From Octopus bimaculoides (lineage: Eukaryota): 53,357 nucleotides of DNA. The position numbers were made by a program, and so were the translations under genes. The notes beneath the pieces are model-generated. The model made no database searches. It was not told where the DNA came from and saw nothing but the letters and a program-made list of their open reading frames with translations. The first letter of the stretch is position 1. Every line of letters begins with the position of its first letter. Below, piece by piece: positions 47,546 to 53,357 of this stretch. The stretch is from positions 51,314,482 to 51,367,838 of the forward strand of contig NC_068990.1 in NCBI RefSeq assembly GCF_001194135.2. Reading direction: 5' to 3'.

Positions 47546-47870
47546 AACCTAAAGGCAAAATTAATAGAGGTCATAAAAGTGATAGAGGGTACTCACTAGC
47601 ACCACTTATGCTAAGATAAGAGCTAAATTAAGGCCAAAGCCACTAAAGCACTATACATAATGACTAACAAAGGGAGGTAAGTCCCTAGCGTATATAGCCG
47701 TTTCGCGATTTCGAATTTTGGTGTAGATCACCTTAATTCTCATCAGCATCAGTCATTAAGTATAGTGCTTTAGTAGCTTTGGAGTTAATTTAACTCTTAT
47801 CTTAGCATAAGCAGTGCTAGTCAGTATCCACCGTTACTTTTTTGACTTCTATTAATTTTGCTTTTAGGTT
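47546..47870. repeat. Fold-back element, ~120 bp inverted arms with central hammerhead-like motif
   Basis: aacctaaaggcaaaattaatagaggtca..taatgact (47546-47665) versus agtcatta..ttaattttgcttttaggtt (47751-47870). Minus-strand CTGATGA-stem-GAAA at 47695-47750. Confidence 0.85.
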
Positions 47871-48885
47871 ATATATATATATATATATATATATATNNNN
47901 NNNNNNNNNNNNNNNNNNNNNNNNNNNNNNNNNNNNNNNNNNNNNNNNNNNNNNNNNNNNNNNNNNNNNNNNNNNNNNNNNNNNNNNNNNNNNNNNNNNN
48001 NNNNNNNNNNNNNNNNNNNNNNNNNNNNNNNNNNNNNNNNNNNNNNNNNNNNNNNNNNNNNNNNNNNNNNNNNNNNNNNNNNNNNNNNNNNNNNNNNNNN
48101 NNNNNNNNNNNNNNNNNNNNNNNNNNNNNNNNNNNNNNNNNNNNNNNNNNNNNNNNNNNNNNNNNNNNNNNNNNNNNNNNNNNNNNNNNNNNNNNNNNNN
48201 NNNNNNNNNNNNNNNNNNNNNNNNNNNNNNNNNNNNNNNNNNNNNNNNNNNNNNNNNNNNNNNNNNNNNNNNNNNNNNNNNNNNNNNNNNNNNNNNNNNN
48301 NNNNNNNNNNNNNNNNNNNNNNNNNNNNNNNNNNNNNNNNNNNNNNNNNNNNNNNNNNNNNNNNNNNNNNNNNNNNNNNNNNNNNNNNNNNNNNNNNNNN
48401 NNNNNNNNNNNNNNNNNNNNNNNNNNNNATATATATACTAAAACCTTTTTCCTATACAAAAGAAACGTAGCAACGTGTGACTCCTTATTTTCCCTTGTTT
48501 TCTTCCATCCTTCTCACTTCTTTAATACGCTTATACAAATCATATATGACAAACTCACCCTAAGAATACGGGTACCAGTGGATCCCAACCGATTTTTGGC
48601 TATGCCCCACCGAATCATTTCTAAAATCCTGATGCCCCTTTGTGATATTTAATTTTTGTTATTCAAACTTTTACTACTATTCACTTGGAGGAAGCTTACA
48701 AGGCTAATAACTTGGTCTCTATACAAGCTTCCAAAGAACATGACATTCATGAAAGAGAAAAATAAAAAGGAAGGGCAGTTAAATAAATAAAGTTTCAAAG
48801 ACATTGTTTTGGAGGACGCCCTCGAGCCAGAGCAGTTGGCTGTTTCACTACAAATAAATAGTTGACAGACATAACGAGTGGGGCT

Positions 48886-50756
48886 ATCGGCGAGGTATTT
48901 TTTGGCGTTGGTAGTATTTTTGGTTAAATCACTTGTGATTCTGAGTCAGTCGTTTGTTTGTTATACTTGTTGGGTGAACCTAGGATCTGTTAAATGTGTT
49001 GAATTTTGAACTATTGTTGCTGTTTTTGCCTGTTTTCATATTTGTTTTCTTTCCCAATTATGGGTGAAGTGGAGAAGAGAGGAGAGATGGAAAATGAAGC
49101 AACTGGTAGCTATGCATCAGCCACGAGTAAAGGAGTATCTATTAACACCCTGGAAGTAAGAGGAATTAAGATAGAGCCCAGAAAGTGGAAGGAGGGCAGT
49201 AAATTAACAGAAAGGGAAGGAGCCAGTTTGAGGCTGACTCCACCGCAAGAATTGACTAACAAGGTGGTGAAGAGGAGAGTGGTGTACAGAACGTTATCCA
49301 CGTTCCCTAAAAAGATAGAGGTTGCCCCAGTAGACGCAATAGAGGAGTGCCTCAAGGACGTAAAGGGGCTTACCACATTTTGTACACGTGGAAAAAAGTA
49401 CGGCACAGTGGAAGTAAGGTTTAGCAACAAAGAAGACGCAATAAACCACTCAACTGTGCCGATAAGGACACCGGAATGGGTACTTCTGTCGACTTACTGT
49501 GGCAAACGCGTCGCCAGAGTAAGAATTGGCAGAGTATCCCACGGGATTAAGGAAGCATGGCTGGTGGCAGCAGTCATGCACAGAATGCAGGATGAAGTAA
49601 AAATCTTAAAAATTACGAGAACCAAAAAGGTTAATTGATGGGGGTATGGCCTCGAGATAGCCATACAAGCGAACCTAAAAGATTTTGTACGAGATCACGG
49701 AGGAGATCATTCTCTCAGAAGACATCAGACTAAGAGTGGTGGTGGAAGGAAGACCATCAACATGTTTCTTATGTGGTCAAAAGGGGCACATGAAAGCAAG
49801 GTACCCCCAGAAAGAAAATGAAGAGGCGGAACAGAAAAGTGAAGAACGGAGTACCGAAGTGGTAGTGCCAGAAAGGGAGAAATATAGAGTGGAGGAATCA
49901 TTCACCGTCGTAAATAGGAGGAAAAGGAAAGAACGGGTGAGCTCTCCACCAGAGAGCCAGAAAAGGATGAAAGAAATTGAAATGGAGGAGAAAAGGAAGA
50001 TGTTCGAGACATCAGCAGAATGAACAATGGAACGCAGAGTGACAGCAGAAATAGCATTGCAACACGATGTGGAAGGTTTAAACATTGACGTTTATTTTGG
50101 CGCACCAAGAGAGGAGCCAAGTGAAAAGACTCGCTCGGACAGCCCAGGTCTGTCGTTGAAGCAAACGGAGGTTAAAAAGAGAAAAAACAAGTAGCATATG
50201 GTCACATATGCCGAAAGTACGGCAATCGAGCGGAAGATAACGAAGTTTAAATCGATCATGAGAGTAAGGTTGCCACAGGAGAAATATGCAGAACGCCCAA
50301 GGAAATAATCATTGACAAGGAGAGAAACGAGAAACTCAGAGAACTGTTCGTAAGGAGTATAGACCCGTTAGGGGTCGAAATTGAATACGATGAATTACCA
50401 TCGGTCGATGAGTAAGAAGATTTGAAACCCTTAATGAATAGTTAAAAAGTGTAAAGTAAAATATTATTAAAAAAAGAGAAAAAATAGACTTTTAAAATTT
50501 AAAAATATAAACGATGTCAAAAGAAGAAAAAAGAGAGTTTAAGAAAGATTTGTTAGTTTGTATAATTTAACTGTTAAATGGTGCTGCTTGAGAGTGGGGC
50601 TCAATGCAGCCATTTCATCATCATTAATTTTATTGTTTTTATACATCTGTCATTTTTCCATTCGTTTTCTGTTTTTTGTGCCCACTGTGGTCTTCTGTCT
50701 GTCCTTGTGCTGTCCGCTCTATGTTATGCCCTAGGTGCCAAAATAAAAAATTACAG
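48886..50756 (+). mobile_element. ORF1-only Tx1-related element, unit 1 (HAL1-like)
   Basis: Starts tcggcgaggtattttt. ORF1 (49006-49638, 49685-50023) is homologous to 13760-15280 and has knuckle CFLCGQKGHMKARY. No APE or RT. 3' end ttctgtctgtccttgtgc..gccctaggtgccaaaataaaa. Confidence 0.85.
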
Positions 50757-52521
50757 TCGGCGAGGTATTTTTGTTGGTGTTGAATCATTTTTGATTTCGG
50801 TTGACCTAAGTCGTGTTATACTTTGTTGTTTCTGTGTTGAATGTTCTCCCCACGCGGGTGATCCATGTTTTGTTGAATTTGTTAAATACCGTTGCTGTTT
50901 TTGCCTGCGGGCCTGTTAAATTTTGTGTTGCCTTCTTTCCCATTTGGGGCGAGGTGACTGAAAAAATAAAAATAAAAATGGAGTGTGAACCAGTTCCAGC
51001 ACATGCCGGGGAGTTATGCTTCAGCAGCTGGGAAAAGTGCAGATTTGCTAGAAGTGCGAGAAATAAAAATTGAACAGAAGAAACTGAAGGAATACTACAA
51101 GCTGATTCAGAAGGAGGGATCCAGTTTAAAGCTGACCCCTTCTACAAGAAAAGAACAGTAGTGTACAGAACTCTATCTACAACCACAAATAAAATAAAGA
51201 TAGCTACAGAAGAATCTATTGAAGAATGTCTGAAGAAAATTAAGAACCTGACAACATTATATACAAGAGGCAGAAAATACAGCACAGTGGAAGTGAGATT
51301 TGCCAACGAACAGGAGGCAATAAATCACTCCACTGTGAAGCTGAAGACGGGAAAATGGGTACTCTTACCTATCTACTGTGGCAAAAGGGTCACCAGAGTG
51401 AGAATAGGTAGAGTACCACGAGAAATCAAAGAAGCGTGGCTGGTGGCAGCTGTAATGCACAAAACTGAGGAAGACGCCAAGATTCTAAAATTGACAAGGA
51501 CAAAGAAAGCAAATTGATGGGGATACAGACGAGAAATGGTCGTCCAGGTCGGACAACAAGATCTAAATGAAATTGCTGAAGAAATAATACTGCCGGAGGA
51601 CATAAGGTTGAGAGTGGTGGTAGAAGGAAGGCCACCAACTTGCTATCAATGCGACGAGAAAGGACATATTAGGATAGTGTCCTCAGAGAGAAAGTAAAAA
51701 CGAGGAAAGCCAACAGGAGCAGAAGGCCGAAGTGGCGGACCTAGAAAATAAAAAATGCACGATAGTGGAAGAACCATTTACGGAAGTAACCAAAAGAAAA
51801 AGAAAAGAACTAGTGAACTCACATCTGAACAGTCCGAGAAAGAAAAAGGTGGGTGAAATGGAATATACAAATTTTTCACTACATGAACCTCCAACAGCAC
51901 CAACAACGAAGAAGAAAGAAAAGGAAACTATCACAGACAACCAGGTTCCGCCGTAGGAACAAACAGTAAAAAAACCTGGAAAAAACAAATGGCATATGGT
52001 AACATATACAAAAACACAGATATAGAAAGGAAAATCCCCAAATTCAAATCAAATGATAAGAGTTAAATTACCAATGAAACATTACCCAGAAAGTACAAAA
52101 GCCATAGTAATAGACAGAGAAATACGAAAAATTAAAGGAATGGTTTGGAAGCAAGGTGGAGCCAATGGGAGTGATGGTAAAGTTTGACGATCTACCGCCA
52201 GTTATAGATTACGACGACGTGTTGCCACATATAGAATGGTAAAACGTGAATAAGCTTTTAAATATTTTTAAAGACAACACATACGATACTAAAAGGAAAA
52301 AAGGGGGAAAAAAGAAGGAAAAGTGATATAAAAACTTTGTATTAAAACAATTAGTTGGTACTGCTTGAGAGTGGGGTTCAAGCAGCCATTACAGCCTCAT
52401 TTAATTATTATCCATCTCTCATTCATTCGTTTTATGCTTTTTGTCCCCATTGTGGTGTTCTGTCTGTCCTTGTGCCGTCCCCCTCTGTATCATGGCCTAT
52501 GTGCCAAATAAAAGAATACAA
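50757..52521 (+). mobile_element. ORF1-only Tx1-related element, unit 2 (HAL1-like)
   Basis: Starts tcggcgaggtattttt immediately after unit 1. ORF1 51161-51517 continues in frame past TGA to CYQCDEKGH. No APE or RT. 3' end ttctgtctgtccttgtgc..ggcctatgtgccaaataaaa. Confidence 0.85.
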
Positions 52522-52639
52522 TTGATGAGGTGCGTCGTTCGACCACTCGCGCAGTTCGGGCCAGTCGGGCCAGTCGGGCCGACGACGAAGTACGTCGTCA
52601 TGATACCACACAGAACAGTGTCGAGCAAGACCGTACAAT

Positions 52640-52870
52640 GGCGACAAGGATTTGAACTACATGAAGTGGAAAATATTTAAAATCCTAGCACTTTGTAAAA
52701 GTGGTGACAAGAATTCGATAACACGCAAGACATAACAATGGCGACGAGTTTTTGAATATACGCAGGATACAACCATGATCGCAGCATACAAGGAGAAATT
52801 CGGTGACAAGAATTTGAAAACATGCAGTATACAACAATGACCGCAGAATACAAGGAAAAATTTGGTGATG
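52640..52870 (+). repeat. Degenerate ~61 bp minisatellite
   Basis: ggYgacRaga motifs at ~52640, 52702, 52741, 52802 and 52863. The last units share gcagNatacaacNatgaNcgcagNatacaaggaNaaatt. Confidence 0.7.
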
Positions 52871-53034
52871 ACTTATTGTTCCTTTATTTTTCTGGGGAAG
52901 TAACACCAATCATTTAAAGATTATCAAAATGAAGTAGATTGAGATGTTTATTTTGAACTTGTGGAAGACACACGAGATACGAGATGTCAAAATATTGTTC
53001 ATTCGATAACAGTCGCACTCTTCTTATTGTTTCT

Positions 53035-53145
53035 TAATAATAATAATAATAATTAATTCGTTTTATTGGCCACAAGGGCTAATATCAATTAAAAACATCT
53101 AAGGACAAAGACAGGACGAAGGTTACAAAAGGTTTTGTCCGAAAA

Positions 53146-53199
<54 letters not shown>

Positions 53200-53357
53200 T
53201 AATTCGTGTTATTGGCCACAAGGGCTAATATCAATTAAAAACTTGTAAGGACAAAGACAGGACGAAGGTTACAAAAGGTTTTGTCCGAAAAGGTAGGAAA
53301 GTTCGTCTAAACAGAGGAAGAAAACGGAGAAAAATATTATAAATAAATAGATAAATA
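53035..53357 (-). mobile_element. Two tandem 3' ends of the Tx1 family, each with an (ATT)n tail
   Basis: Minus strand ..cgtcctgtctttgtccttag..gatattagcccttgtggccaataaaacgaattaa(TTA)n occurs twice and matches the 3' end of the element at 17360-17478. Confidence 0.88.

Noticed and set aside
51515-51570. TGATG stop-start reinitiation at the shared stop
   Set aside because: The overlapping ATG is in a different frame from the zinc knuckle in both units, and in unit 2 it closes within ~17 codons.

Overview
Eukaryotic, AT-rich, repeat-saturated scaffold segment with many N gaps flanked by microsatellites. The SINE, Dong, Penelope and RTE repertoire resembles a coleoid cephalopod (Octopus-like); that assignment is an inference from recalled repeat families. 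No intact host protein-coding gene, rRNA, tRNA gene or CRISPR array is supportable. The window is a mosaic of decayed mobile elements: several R4/Dong-like RLE non-LTR fragments with (TAA)n tails, a Tx1/L1-group LINE with an internally deleted RT, RTE, CR1 and L2/Jockey-like LINEs, several Penelope-like elements (PLEs), tRNA-derived SINEs, bounded Tc1, Chapaev3 and hAT-like DNA transposons, and Helitron, mariner and piggyBac-like remnants. Most notable: (1) a head-to-tail pair of ORF1-only Tx1-related elements (48.9-52.5 kb) that share an in-frame TGA at the identical codon, where the related LINE has Trp, although the downstream zinc-knuckle region diverged mostly synonymously, making this a candidate recoded stop; (2) several minimal hammerhead ribozyme motifs, one downstream of a Pol III A/B-box head (retrozyme-like) and others inside fold-back elements; (3) RTE LINEs ending in three C2H2 zinc fingers; (4) (TAA/ATT)n microsatellites acting as shared landing pads for two LINE clades.
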